64,000 nucleotides of DNA from the human T2T-CHM13v2.0 reference genome, Homo sapiens. The stretch is from assembly GCF_009914755.1 (NCBI RefSeq), contig NC_060929.1; one strand, written 5' to 3'. A model generated the notes under the pieces. It did not search any database and was not told the DNA's origin. It worked only from the letters and a program-made list of their open reading frames with translations. Below are positions 51,409 to 64,000 of this stretch, one piece after another (positions within the stretch are counted from its first letter, which is position 1; each line of letters opens with the position of its first letter). Both the position numbers and the translations under genes were made by a program.

Positions 51409-52264
51409 TAAAAAAATAATAATTTAGTGAACTGAGTAAAAACAAAGAAAAAACCAGAAATGTCCTGATAGTAAATAACAGATTCTACCATAGAAGGAAG
51501 AGAAAAAGTACATTAAGAGGTCTCAGTTGCAATTTTTTCCAGTAAGAACTTCCTCCAGCCTCACTCTTTGGTAAGATGGAGATGAGTGCTCCCTGTACCT
51601 CCTGTTCTCCATAAACAAAGATTCAGTCCCATTTCCTAGCTCCCATTTTCATTGTAAGCCCTGCTGCCATTTATCAGTATAGACACACATGTTGATTCCT
51701 GAGCTCTCTGGGAATCTGTGGATGATAAGATTACAAAGAAAGTCGCAGGAGGCTGGTTCACTGTAGGGCATTTTGAATCCATTGTGAACATGTGTTGGGT
51801 ATGTGGGTCAATGAATTCTGGGGGTAGGCTCAGGTGGCTCAATGAAGAAAGCTACTTCCTTAGGCTACCTCTGACCTCAATTTAAGCAATTTATTTGTAG
51901 TTGGGATAATGTAGTTTTTGCATGACCTTAAAGTAAATTGAACAAGCCAATAGACAATGTAATGATCACCCACTTTGAAGCTCATTTTTTTTTTTACAGG
52001 AAAGAGATGCATTTAGATATTTGGTAAGAACTTCATAGAGACTAAGGTAATGGAAGTGTGGGAAGAAATTTCAGAAATAAAGAGAAATGGTTTGTTTTTT
52101 AGAGAAATAAATGGGTCAGTATTTCAAATACTCCATTTCATTCATGAAGTTGGCAGTAGTATCAATGAGCGCAATTGCTAGCAAATGGTGATCTGATTAA
52201 AGTGGGAAGAATATATCCAAACAGGTAGAGATTATGAACTAAAATTCCTAAGATTAAATTACTG

Positions 52265-52635
52265 GTTTTTTTGTTTTGTTTTGTTTTTTCAGATGGGGTC
52301 TCACCCTGTCACCCAGGCTGGACTGCAGTGGTGCAGTCATAGCTCACTGCAGCTTCAAACTTCTGGACTCAAGTGATCCTCCTGCCTCAGCCTCCTGAGT
52401 AACCAGGATTAAAAACATGTACCACCGTTCCCCATTAATTTCCTACCTTAGCCTCCCAAAGTGTAGGGATTACAGGCATGAGCCACCATGCCTGGCCTAA
52501 AAGTACTTTCTTTCTTTCTTTTTGTAAGAGATACTGTCTCATTTTGTTGCGCAGGGCTGGTCTTGAACTCCTGGCCTCAAGTGATCCTCGCACTTTGGCC
52601 TCCCACAGTGATAAATTACAGGAGCGAGCCACCAC
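52265..52635 (-). mobile_element. Internally deleted Alu (52265-52497) followed by an Alu monomer (52500-52635)
   Basis: Two adjacent antisense Alu-derived segments, each starting with a T-rich tract. Confidence 0.8.
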
Positions 52636-53596
52636 TAAAACTATTCTTAATGAATTATCTTCTGACTGTGTTAGTAGTACATTGGGTAACTTTTTTTTGT
52701 CAGAAAAAAACTCAAAGATTTGCTTTTACTTTACAAACTATACATTCCTTGTTCTCTTGAGAATGTCATTCCACTTTTCAAGCTCACTGAATTATACCAA
52801 CCCACTTGAAAAACTAAATTGACCTCGTTATCCTTGTTCATGCTGTTGAAAATGAACTTCTTAAGGTCATATTGCATTACATTGTTCATTCCTTTTGTTG
52901 TCCCATTCCCAAGTATCTCCAGGTGCTTAAAATGTTGATAGTAATAATGAAATCACTAAATGAAAACTGGAGACAATATGCCCAAATTTCAGGGAAGAAA
53001 GAAGAAAATGTTCTTTCTCTTCACTCCTCCCATGGAATATGAAACTGATAAAGAGAAGCAGTGACTAACCTCCAAACTCTTGCTTTAAGGGCAGGCAAAC
53101 AGTGTTTCAAATGGATATCTAAGACATTATAGCTCCAAGCCCCAGACCTGCAACACCTCTGTCTCCTACCCTTGGATGATTCAGTTCTACAGTTTGGTTT
53201 ATATGGTCCCCATTCACCTGGAGCTCTTCCTTAACTGATCTATTATGTATAACAGGATGGCTCACCCGGCAGCAATTCTGCAATCTCTTTCTCATGAAAT
53301 ATTTTGCAAGAAAGCTCTCCCTTTGACACCCTATTCAGCATAATATTGTATCATGTGTAGATTAATATTGCATTTGTTCCATGATCAGTTATCTTGCAAA
53401 GTCAATTATTCAGAACACAGCCAAGAATCAATAGGAAGATGAAAAAATTATCTGAACAACCAAGTAATACTCTTACAGAATGTTACTCAAAGAAGAATCT
53501 CTCTGGCCATTTCTCAGGACTTATTTGCTTCTATTTTAGATACAATTCTTACATGCTTAATAAACCAACTTGTTATTCAACCAACTCTATGCAATC

Positions 53597-53866
53597 TTTT
53601 TTAGAGATAGGTTGTCACTGTGTCGTCCAGGCTGGAGTTCAGTGGTGTGACCACAGTTCACTGCAGCCTCAGCTTTCCAGGCTCAAGCCATCCTCCCACC
53701 TATACCTCCAGAGTAGCGAGTAGCGGGTAGCGGGAACTACAGGCAGGCACCACTTCCCCTGGCTAATTTTTTGTGTTTTTTAAAGAAATGGATCTCATTG
53801 TGTTACCCATACCTGCCTCAGGCCCACAAAGTGTTGGGATTATAAGCGTGAGCCACTGTGTCCAGC
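53597..53866 (-). mobile_element. Alu (AluJ-like, internally deleted)
   Basis: ttagagataggttgtcactgtgtcgtccaggctggag ... gcgtgagccactgtgtccagcc. Confidence 0.85.
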
Positions 53867-54533
53867 CACTAATGACATTCTTAAAGTTACTCCTAAGCTA
53901 ACCCAGGCCGTAAAGATGGTGTGGAACTGAAACACAATGCCTGGTCTTACACAGGTCCTCAGCAGTGTTAGAATGTGCTCAATGAACTGTTTATGATGTG
54001 ACTGAATGGGATGATGAGATGCAGCCCAACAACACTATGTTCACTATGAGAAACTTAGTGAAAATATTTGGATCTGAGGATGCATTTCTTTCTCTTCTTA
54101 ACGTAAGGAACCATACTAGCTCTTGTTTTTAAATTGTAGACTCTGCAAACAATATAAGTGATTGTCATTCATATTCTGCCTTGGTATCAGAAAGCTCAAA
54201 GCCAAGATTGTGATCCATATCTCATTAGTGTAAAGGATTTCATGGGAATTATTTTGTGTTTTGCATTTTGTTTTTTTTTTATTTGCATCATTTTTCTCAC
54301 TTATTTTGAAGTTACATCTTTTTGCTATATGGTTTATTTTATTTTTAAAAACCCATATGGAATTTACCATATGCTAGACACTGTTCTAAGCACTTTGCAA
54401 ATATTAATTCATTTAGTTCTCATAGTTACCCTATGTTATCATATCCATTTATGGTTAAAAATGGAGGCACTTAGAGATTAGTTATATATCTTTTAATCTA
54501 CATAAAATCTTTTTGGAATATAAGAAAATATAT

Positions 54534-54840
54534 GGCTAGGCGCAGTGGCTCACACCTGTAATCCCGGCACTTTGGGAGGTTAAGGCAGGTGGATCACTTG
54601 AGGCCTAGAGTTCGAGACCAGCCAGGGCAACATGGCGAAATCCCATCTCTACAAAAAATATAAAAATTAGCCAGGCATGGTGGCTCCAGCCTGTAGTCCC
54701 AGATACTTGGGAGGTTTAGGTGGGAATATTGCTTGAGACCAGGAGGCAGAAGTTGTAGTGGTGCTGAGACTGTGCCACTGCACTCCAGCCAAGGCAACAG
54801 GGGGAGACCATGTCTCAATACAATAAATAAATAAATAAAT
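54534..54840 (+). mobile_element. Alu with (TAAA)n tail
   Basis: ggctaggcgcagtggctcacacctgtaatccc ... aataaataaataaat. Confidence 0.92.
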
Positions 54841-55019
54841 AGAGCAAGTTTATTCTAGCTGGAAAAGTTGACTGAAAAGAAATTAATGCTTAAAATTGAT
54901 AAATTGGGAAAAAGCAATAGGTAGAAATATAGAGGTAAAATACTAGGGGAAAAAAAGCTAAAGGTTTAAGTGATTGCTTTTGGGGAATACAATTCAGGCG
55001 TAAAGGATCATGGGAACTG

Positions 55020-55022
<3 letters not shown>

Positions 55023-55055
<33 letters not shown>
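55023..55055. repeat. (TG)16 microsatellite
   Basis: Perfect TG run. Confidence 0.97.
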
Positions 55056-55057
<2 letters not shown>

Positions 55058-55775
55058 GCCTTTTAACACTTTAATCCTTTTTAAACCAGGAATGTGATTT
55101 CTTTGAAACTTCTAAAATATTATGAAAACATCCACACAAACTTCTCAAATCATAAAAATGACTATCCTTTGATCACTGGCTGTGTGTGGTTCACCGAAAG
55201 GATATGAATCGTGTGATATCATAGGGAATTTCCTGAGCAACAGAGTGAAATTGAAAAATATGTTAGAGTCTACTTCTGACTACATTTGAGGTTGGTATAG
55301 CTCTTCTGTCAAAGTATATGTCTTCCGATTATTAAGGTTCTACTTCTCTGATACATAGTACAAAGCTATGGCACTTTTGAAGCAAATGCTTAAGAACAGG
55401 GCTTTTCACAGTGCTGACCTCAGACTCTGTCCCTCATGGTCCATGAAGGATCATCTGTCTGTTTAGCAATTAAAAAGTTTTTTAAACTTACAACAATTAT
55501 TTATACATATTTTGTAAATTTGAAATGTAAGATTAACTATAAGTTTTGCTGAAATCTTATTCTGTTCTAATAATTTATAGGCTTTAAGAGTTTGTACTGT
55601 ATTAATAAGAAACTCTTGCTTAACATTCAACTAAACTGAAATATTGTCTCTTGGGCTCACAGTGTTTTCAAGTTAATTGAATATTATCACTTAAATAATT
55701 TGTTACATTTGCATGTTTCATTGCTATCATTCTAATTCAAAGAAAATATACCCATCTATCAAAAGTAGCTCATTA

Positions 55776-56016
55776 GTTAAACAGATGCTTGAAGGCAGCA
55801 TACTCGTTAAGAGTCATCACCACTCCCTAATCTCAAGTACCCAGGGACACAAACACCGCGGAAGGCGGCAGGGCCCTCTGCCTAGGAAAACCAGAGACCT
55901 CTGTTCACATGTTTATCTGCTGACCTTCCCGCCACTATTGTCCTATGACCCTGCCACATCCCCCTCTCCGAGAAACACCCAAGAATGATCAATAAATACT
56001 AAAAAAATTATTTAAA
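55776..56016 (+). mobile_element. 5'-truncated SVA (SINE-R 3' end) with 15-bp TSD
   Basis: gttaaacagatgcttgaaggcagc...ctgcctaggaaaaccagagacc...gagaaacacccaagaatgatcaataaa is the SVA/HERV-K LTR5 3' end; TSD aaaagtagctcatta at 55761-55775 and 56017-56031. Confidence 0.9.
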
Positions 56017-56559
56017 AAAAGTAGCTCATTAAACATTAAAAGAAGTGATAAAAATGGCAATATAAATACCGTGACCCAAAATAAAGTTGGAAGTATGAAT
56101 AGGGAGAAGTGCTCTAGTGTGAATGTAAAATGCAGATCTGTATGTGCAAAAGCAAATAAATCTAAACATGTAATGATTTTGCACAAGCAGCCAAAAAAGA
56201 AAAGTGTGATTAAGTCCAATGATGAATATATGATAAACAAACTTTATTGGAAAATTGATCCACTGCCACCAGTCCCAGTACATTATCTGTTAGAATACTT
56301 GTCTATAGCAACATACAGCTCTAGAGGACTTCAGGCATAGCGACTGTTCGTGTAAAATCAATCAGTTTTTATGAAACTGTGCAGAATTATGGTATTCAAT
56401 AAATGATTGTATTTTTTCTGATGACATATAAATGACCAAACTACCAACTGATATTTAATCAAATTTATATACCTATTACACTTTATTGAAGGTTTTTAAA
56501 ACCATAAAAAAGTAAACGCCTTTTGTTATACTGGGGAGAAAGCAGAATACTTTTGAAGA

Positions 56560-57420
56560 ATAATATGTCCAAACAACATGTCTTACTAGGAATGAATAAC
56601 TTACATAACACATAACAATTAAAGTAATGTTATACTGCCTCAGAATTAGAAATACAATCTAGTGAAACAGAAACCAGCAGTTGACCCCAGCATATATATA
56701 GAAATGACATACAATGGAATTGACAATTCAAATCAATGGGAAAAGAATAACGTATTTAATAAATTGCACTTGAACTATTGTTTATTCATCTTCAAAAAAA
56801 ATGTATCTTTACCTCACCCTACATGAATATAAACTCCAGATGGTTTAAAGACATAAATGTCAAAAGAAAAACACTTTTAGATGTTAGAAGAAAATATAGA
56901 TATATTTGTTTATATATGAACCTTAAATTGAGTAAGAATTTCTTAAACAATATACCAAAAACAGAAGAAGCAAATGACATGAAGAAAACATTGATATATC
57001 TGATTATATCAAAATGCTTAGCTTGGATATAAAATTTTAAGATATATTTATGCACTAAAAATATAAAATCATGAATCATTGTTAATTTGAGAGAAGCAGG
57101 AAGAACAATAGATCCAGAGATAGTACCCAGGATATTTTAATTATATGTATAATTTCTCAAAAACATCTTTATATCCATATATGCTTATCTATATATAATT
57201 GTATCTATATTTCTCAAAAATATGTATAATAAACATTTATAGCAAAATGCTATAGTTTGACAAAGATGTCCTACTGGTGCGGGTTATATTGTTTTCTATA
57301 ATTTATCTATCTTATGCTTGAAATAGATTGTAGTAAAAAAATTAAGAATGTTTAAGAGACATGGAAAATAGAATTTTAGGTCCATCACATAGTAATAAGA
57401 GCTCCAGAAGGAAATATTAG
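56560..57420 (+). mobile_element. Highly diverged L1 (L1ME-like) fragments
   Basis: ORF 56778..57032 (PYMNINSRWFKDINVK) resembles L1 ORF2p ([10 protein letters not shown]). Confidence 0.55.
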
Positions 57421-57437
57421 GGAAAATGGAAGCTGAG

Positions 57438-57729
57438 TGATATGGTTTGGCTGTGTCCCCACCCAAATTTCATCTTGAATTGTAGCTCCCATAATTCCCC
57501 CATGTCATGGGAGGGACCTGGTAGGATGTCATTGAATCATGGGTGTGGGTCTTTCCCATGCTGTTCTATAAAAGGGAGTTCCCCTGCACATGTTCTCTTT
57601 CCTGCCGCCATGTAAGATTGTGAAGCCTCCCCAGCCATGTGGAACTGTGAGTCAATCAAACCTCTTTCCTTTATAAATTACCCAGTCTCAGGTATGTCTT
57701 TATTAGCAGCATGAGAACAGACTAATATA
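57438..57729 (+). mobile_element. THE1 (MaLR) solo LTR with internal deletions
   Basis: Begins tgatatggtttggctgtgtccccacccaaat, ends gagaacagactaatata; near-TSD ctgag/cttag. Confidence 0.9.
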
Positions 57730-58838
57730 CTTAGTATATTCCAAGAGATAATGGCTGAATATTTTCCAAAATTCACAAAAGACATAAATCAAATTTAAAT
57801 AACACATCCCCCTACACACACCCTCTCATAAATACAGATTTTTCTCAAAGATCAGTTATGCTCAATCTGGGATCTTTTTGGCTACAATTTGTGCCAAAAG
57901 TATAAAGGTATCTGAGCTGGGATGGAACAAATTTATTATAAAATTAGAATATCACAATTAACTATTCTTACCTAGATGGCCCGGACTGTCGCCTGAGAAA
58001 GTTAAATATTTACTCTGGCCAACTTAGGGCAAGCTTATCTACCCCTTCTACTACCACAGCTGGTGCTCTCTTGAAAGCACCACCTTTTGGCTGGAGGCCA
58101 ACCAACTCAGCCCATTACAGTAACTCCATAAGAGAACAACCCTGCTCCAAAGAAGGAGAAAACAGCTAATTCCAGTGCTGCAACATCCTGATTAACGAGA
58201 GGTCCTGAGTCTTTCCACGTGATGACTTCAGTGCTAGCATAAGCAGTATTTGAGACAACCACCACACTAAACAAAATTACAACCACGGACTCACAGAGTC
58301 CACTTCACTGCCCTGCCACCTCCACCAGAGTAGGTGCTGGTAGCCACAGCTGGGAGACCTGAAGACTGACCACATCACACAACATTTGCAGACATTCCGT
58401 AGCACCAGCCCAGCATCTGGTATCCCTGCTGGGTGGCTAGGTCAAAAGCCACCTGGGATCACTCCATGGGACAAAAGAATCTGAACAGCAGCCCTTGAGT
58501 TCCAGATTTTTCCACTGAAATAGTCTACCCAAATAAAAAGGAACCAGAAAAGTAATTCTGGTAATAAGACAAAACAAAGTTCTATAACACCCCCAAAAGA
58601 TCATACTAGCTCTCCAGCCATGGATCCAAACCAAGAAAAAATCTTTAAATTGCCAGATAAAGAATTCAGAAAGTTTATTATTAATCTACTCAAGGAGGTA
58701 CCAGAGAAAAGTGAAAACCAATCTAAAGAAATTAAAACAACAATACAGGATATAGATGAAAAAGTCTCCAGAGAAATAGATATGATAAAGAAAAAACAAC
58801 TATAACTGCTGGAAATAAAAGACACACTTAGAGAAATA

Positions 58839-58886
58839 TTACTGTAGTATTGTGGCAAAAACACAATTACTTTTGCACCAGCCTAA
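58839..58886. mobile_element. Partial MADE1 (Hsmar1 MITE) inserted at a TA in L1 ORF1
   Basis: ggcaaaaacacaattacttttgcaccagcctaa matches the Hsmar1/MADE1 terminal inverted repeat (TIR); TA duplicated at 58837-58838 and 58887-58888. Confidence 0.8.
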
Positions 58887-59044
58887 TACAAAATACACTG
58901 GAAAGCTTCAACAATAGACTAGAACAAGTAGAAGAAGGAAATTCAGGGCTCAAAGACAAGGCTTTCAAATTAATTTAATTCAACAAAAACAAAGAAAAAA
59001 GAATTTTTAAAAAATAAATAAAGCCTCCAAGAAATGTGGGATTG

Positions 59045-59129
59045 TGTTCGATGACCAAATATAACTGTTCAATATATGTTCAGTGACCAAATATAATTGT
59101 TTAATATATGTTCAATGACCAAACAATTG
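59045..59129. repeat. 32-bp tandem repeat (~2.6 copies) within L1 ORF1
   Basis: tgttcRRtgaccaaatataaYtgttYaatata at 59045, 59077 and (partial) 59109. Confidence 0.85.
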
Positions 59130-62100
59130 GTATTGCTGAGGAGGAAGAGAAATCTAAAAGTTTGGAAAACTTATTTGAGAGAATAATGGAGGAACACTTC
59201 CCTGGCCTTGCTAGAGATCTAGACATTTAAACACAAGAAGCTCAAAGAACACCTGGGAAATTCATTACAAAAATATCATCACCTAGGCACATAGTCATCA
59301 GGTTAACTAAAGTCAAGATGAAGGAAAGAATCTTAAGAGCTATGAGGCAAAAGCATCAGGTAACCTATAAAGGAAAATCTATCAGATTAGCAGCAAACTT
59401 CTCAGCAGAAATCCTACCATCCAGAAGAGATTAGGGCCCATCTTTAGCTTCCTTAAGCAAAGTAATTATCAGCCAATAATTTTGTATCCAGTGAAACTGG
59501 ATACATAATCTCCTTCATAAATGAAGGAGAAATAATCTTTTTCAGACAAACAAATGCTGAGAGAACTCACTACGAAGCCAGCACCACAAGAAATGCTAAG
59601 ATTTCTAAATCTTGAAAAACCTCAAAATACACCAAAATAGAACCTCCTTAAAGTATAAATCTCATAGGGCCTATAAAACAATAATACAATTTAAAAAACA
59701 CAAGGTATTCAGGCAACAACTAGCATGACTAATAATAGAACAGTACCTCACATCTCAATACTTATGTTGAAGGTAAATAGCCTAAATCCTCCACTTAAAA
59801 GATACAGAGTGGCAGAATTCATAAAAATCCACCAACCAGGAATCTACTGTCTTTAAGAGACTCACCTAACACATAAGGACTCACATAAACTTAAGGTAAA
59901 TGGGTGGAAAAAGATATTCCATGCAAATGAAAACCAAAATTGAGCAGGAGTAGCTGTTCTTACATCAGACAAAACAGACTTTAACGCAACAGCAATTTAA
60001 AAAGACAAAGAGGGATTAGTTCAACAGGAAAATATTACAATACTAAATATATATGCACCTAACACTGAGCTCCCAAATTTATAAAATGATTACTACTAGA
60101 CCTAAGAAACGAGATAGATAGCAACACAATAATAGTAGGGGACTTCAATACCCCACTGACAGCACTAGACAGGTCATCAAGACAGAATGTCAACAACAAA
60201 AAATTGACTTAAACTGCATTCTAGAAAACATGGACTTAACATATGTTTACAGAACATCCTACCCATCAGCTGCAGAACATTCTTTTCATGAGCACATGGG
60301 ACATTCTCCAAGAGAGGCCATATGATAGGCCACGAAACAAGTCTCAATAAATTTAAGAAAACCAAGATTATATCAAGTACTCTCTCAAACCACAGTGAAA
60401 TAAAATAGGAAATTAACTACAAAAGGAATTCTCAAAACTATACAAATACATGGAAATTAAATAATCTGCTTCTGAATGATTTTTTGGTCAACAATGAAAT
60501 CAAGATGGAAATTTAAAAAAAATTATTTGAACTGAAGGATAATTGTGACACAACTATCAACACTTCTGAGATACAGCAAAGGTGGTGCTAAGAGAAAAGT
60601 TTATAGCATTACACGCCTACATAAAAAGTCTGAAATAGCATAAATAGACAATCTGAAATAGCACAAATAGACAATCTAAGGTCACACCTCAAGGAACTAG
60701 AGAAACAAGAACAAACCAAACCCAAACCCAACAGAAGAAAAGAAATAACAAAGATCAGAGCAGAACTAAATGAAATTGAAACAACAACAAAAAAATACAA
60801 AAGATAAATGAAACAAAAAGCTGGTTCTTTGAAAAGATAAACAAAATCAATAGATCATTAGTGAGATTAACCAAGAAAAGATCCAAATAAGCTCAATTAG
60901 AAACAAAACAGGAGATATTACCAAAAATACCACAGAAATATTAATACAAAAGATCATTCAAGTCTACTATGAACATCTTCACATGCACAAACTAGAAAAC
61001 CTAGAGGAGATGGTTAAATTCCTGGAAATATACAACCCTCCTAGATTAAGGAAGAAATAGAAACCCTGAACAGACCAATAACAAGTAGCAACATGGAAAC
61101 AGTAATTAAAAATTTACCAACAAAAAATAAGTCCAGGACAAGATGGATTTACAGCTGAATTCAATCAGACATTCAAAGAAGATAGTGTCAATCTTGCTGA
61201 AAGTATTCCAAAAGGTAAAGGGAATCCGCCCTAAATCATCCTATACAGCTGGGATTACCAAAATACCAAAACCAGGAAAGGACATAACAAGAACAAACAG
61301 ACAAAAACAAAACTACTGAACAATATCCTTGATGAATATACAGGCAAAAATCCTCAACAAAATTCTAGCTAACCGAATCCAACAGCATATCAAAAAGATA
61401 ATCCACCATGATCAAGTAGGTTTCATACGAGGGACACAGGGATGGCTTAACATCCGCAAGTCAATAAATGTGATACACCACATAAATAGAATTAAAAACA
61501 AAAATCACACGATCATCTCAATAGATGCAGAAAAAGCATTTGACAAAATCCAGCATCGCTTTACGATTAAAACCCTCAGCAAAATCAGCATAGAAGGGAC
61601 ATACCTTAAGATAATAAAATCCATCTATGACAAACCCACAGCCAACATTATACTGAACCAGGAAAAGTTAAAAGCATTCCCCCTGAGAACTGGAACAAGA
61701 CAAGGATCCCCACTTACACCACTTCTATTTAACATAGTACTGGAAGTCCTAGCCAAAGCAACCAGACAAGAGAAAGAAATAAAGAGCATCCAAATTGGTA
61801 AAGATGAAGTCAAACTGTCACTCTTCACCAATGATATGATTGTATACCTAGAAAACCCTAAAGACTCATCCAAAAAGCTGCTAGGTCTTTACTAAATGAA
61901 TTCAGTAAAGTTTCAGGATGCAAAATCAATGTACACATATCAGTAGCACTGCAATACACCAACAGTGACCAAGCTGAGAATAAAATCAAGAACTCAACTC
62001 CTTTAACATCGGTTGTAAAAAATAAAATAAAATATTTGGAATATACCTAACCAAGAAGGTGAAAGATTTCTATAAAGAAAGCTACAAAACACTGCTGAAA

Positions 62101-62995
62101 GAAATCATAGTTGACACAAACAAATGGAAACACATCCCCTACTCATGGATAGGTAGAATAATATTGTAAAAATGACCATATTGCCAAAAGTAATCTATAA
62201 ATTCAATGCAATTCCCATCAAAATACCATAACCATTCTTCATAGAACTAGAAAAAAATCCTAAAATTCATATGGAGCCAAAAAAGTGCTTGCATAGCCAA
62301 AGCAAGGCTAAGCAAAAAGAACAAATCTGGAGGCATCACATTATCTGACTTAAAACTATATTACAAGGTTATAGTTACCAAAACAGCATGGCACTGGTAT
62401 AAAAATAGACAGGTAGACCAATGGAACAGAATAGAGAACCCAGAAATAAAGTCAAGTACTTACAGCAAACTGATCTTCAACAAAACATACAAAAACATAA
62501 AGTGAGGAAAGGACACCCTATTCAACAAATGGTGCTGGGATAATTGGCAAGCCACATGTGGAAGAATGAAATTGGATCCTCATCTCTCATCTTATACAAA
62601 AATCAACTCAAGATGGATCAAAGACTTAAATCTATATCCTGAAACTATAAAAATTCTAGAAGATAACATCGGAAATACTCTTTTAGATATTGGCTTAGGC
62701 AAAGAGTTCATGACCAAGAACCCAAAAGCAAATGAAACAACAATAAAAATAGATAGGACTTAATTAAACTAAAAAGCTTCTGAACAGCAAAAGAAATAAT
62801 CAGCAGAGTAAACAGATGACTCACAGAGTGGGAGAAAATCTTCACAAACAGTGCATAATATCCAGAATCTACAAGGATCTCAAAAAAATCAGCAAGAAAA
62901 AAAAATCTCATTAAAAAGTGGCCTAAGGACATGAATAGACAATTCTCAAAAGAAGATACACAAATGGCCAACAAACATATAAAAAATGCTCAACA

Positions 62996-63362
<367 letters not shown>

Positions 63363-64000
63363 TTACTCCTGCAAGAATGACCATAATTTAAAATTCAAAA
63401 AATAATAGATGTTGGCATGGATGTAGTGAAAAGGGAGCACTTTTATACTGCTGGTGGGAACGTAAACTAGTACAACCACTATAGAAAACAGTATGGAGAC
63501 TCCTTAAAGAACTGAAAATAGAACTACATTCCATCCAGCAATCCCACTACTTGGTATCTATCCAGAGGAAAAGAAGTCATTACATGAAAAAGACACTTGC
63601 ACATGCATGTTTATAGCAGCACAATTTGCAATTGCAAATATATGGAACCAGCCTAAACGTCCATCAACCAATAAGTGGATAAAGAAAATATGGTATATAT
63701 ACATACATATATACCATGGAATACTACTCAGCCATAAAAAGGAATTAAATAATGGCATTCACAGCAACTTGGATGGAGTTGGAGACCATTATTCTAAGTG
63801 AAGTAACTCAGGAATAGAAAATCAAACATTGTTATGTTTTCACTTACAAGCAGGAGCTAAGCTATGAGGATGCAAAGGCATAAGAATGATGTAATGGACT
63901 CTGGGGACTCAGGGGAAAGGATGGGACAGGGGGATGAGGGATAAGACTACATATTAGGTACAGCGTATATTGCTTGGATGATGGGTGCACCAAAATCTCA

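Noticed and set aside
59045-59129. Repeat with CRISPR-like unit length
   Set aside because: Simple tandem duplication inside an L1, with no unique spacers and no cas genes; eukaryotic DNA.
60629-60677. 23-bp tandem duplication; similar small duplications at ~3743, ~39230 and ~46470
   Set aside because: Ordinary slippage duplications in neutral sequence.
61329-61895. 188-aa reverse-transcriptase-like ORF
   Set aside because: Fragment of a dead L1 ORF2 surrounded by stops and frameshifts; not a domesticated gene on present evidence.

Overview
Human (hominid) genomic DNA containing the complete RGMB/DRAGON gene (repulsive guidance molecule B, a GPI-anchored BMP co-receptor and neogenin ligand) on the + strand. 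Three coding exons (15364-15499, 20873-21381, 34378-35046) join to a 437-aa protein, and the second coding intron has a non-canonical GC donor. Two CpG islands (~10.1-11.9 kb and ~14.3-16.2 kb) mark two promoters. Upstream exons splice ATG-AT (11962-11966) to 15246, giving a 478-aa isoform that begins MIRKKRKRS. The 3' UTR runs to ~37.8 kb. The flanks are dense in transposable elements (Alu, L1, L2, MIR, THE1, a truncated SVA and a half MADE1). I found no new gene system. The most unusual signals concern RGMB regulation: (1) a polyadenylated LTR R-region retrocopy whose target-site duplication (TSD) copies the long-isoform start codon and splice donor; (2) a distant branch point with a ~160-nt AG-free zone; (3) a GC donor followed by an in-frame stop and intronic polyA signals, which could give a GPI-less soluble RGMB; (4) stacked uORFs; (5) a ~100-bp intronic duplication. 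Repeat subfamily names are from recall and repeat boundaries are approximate unless TSDs are given.
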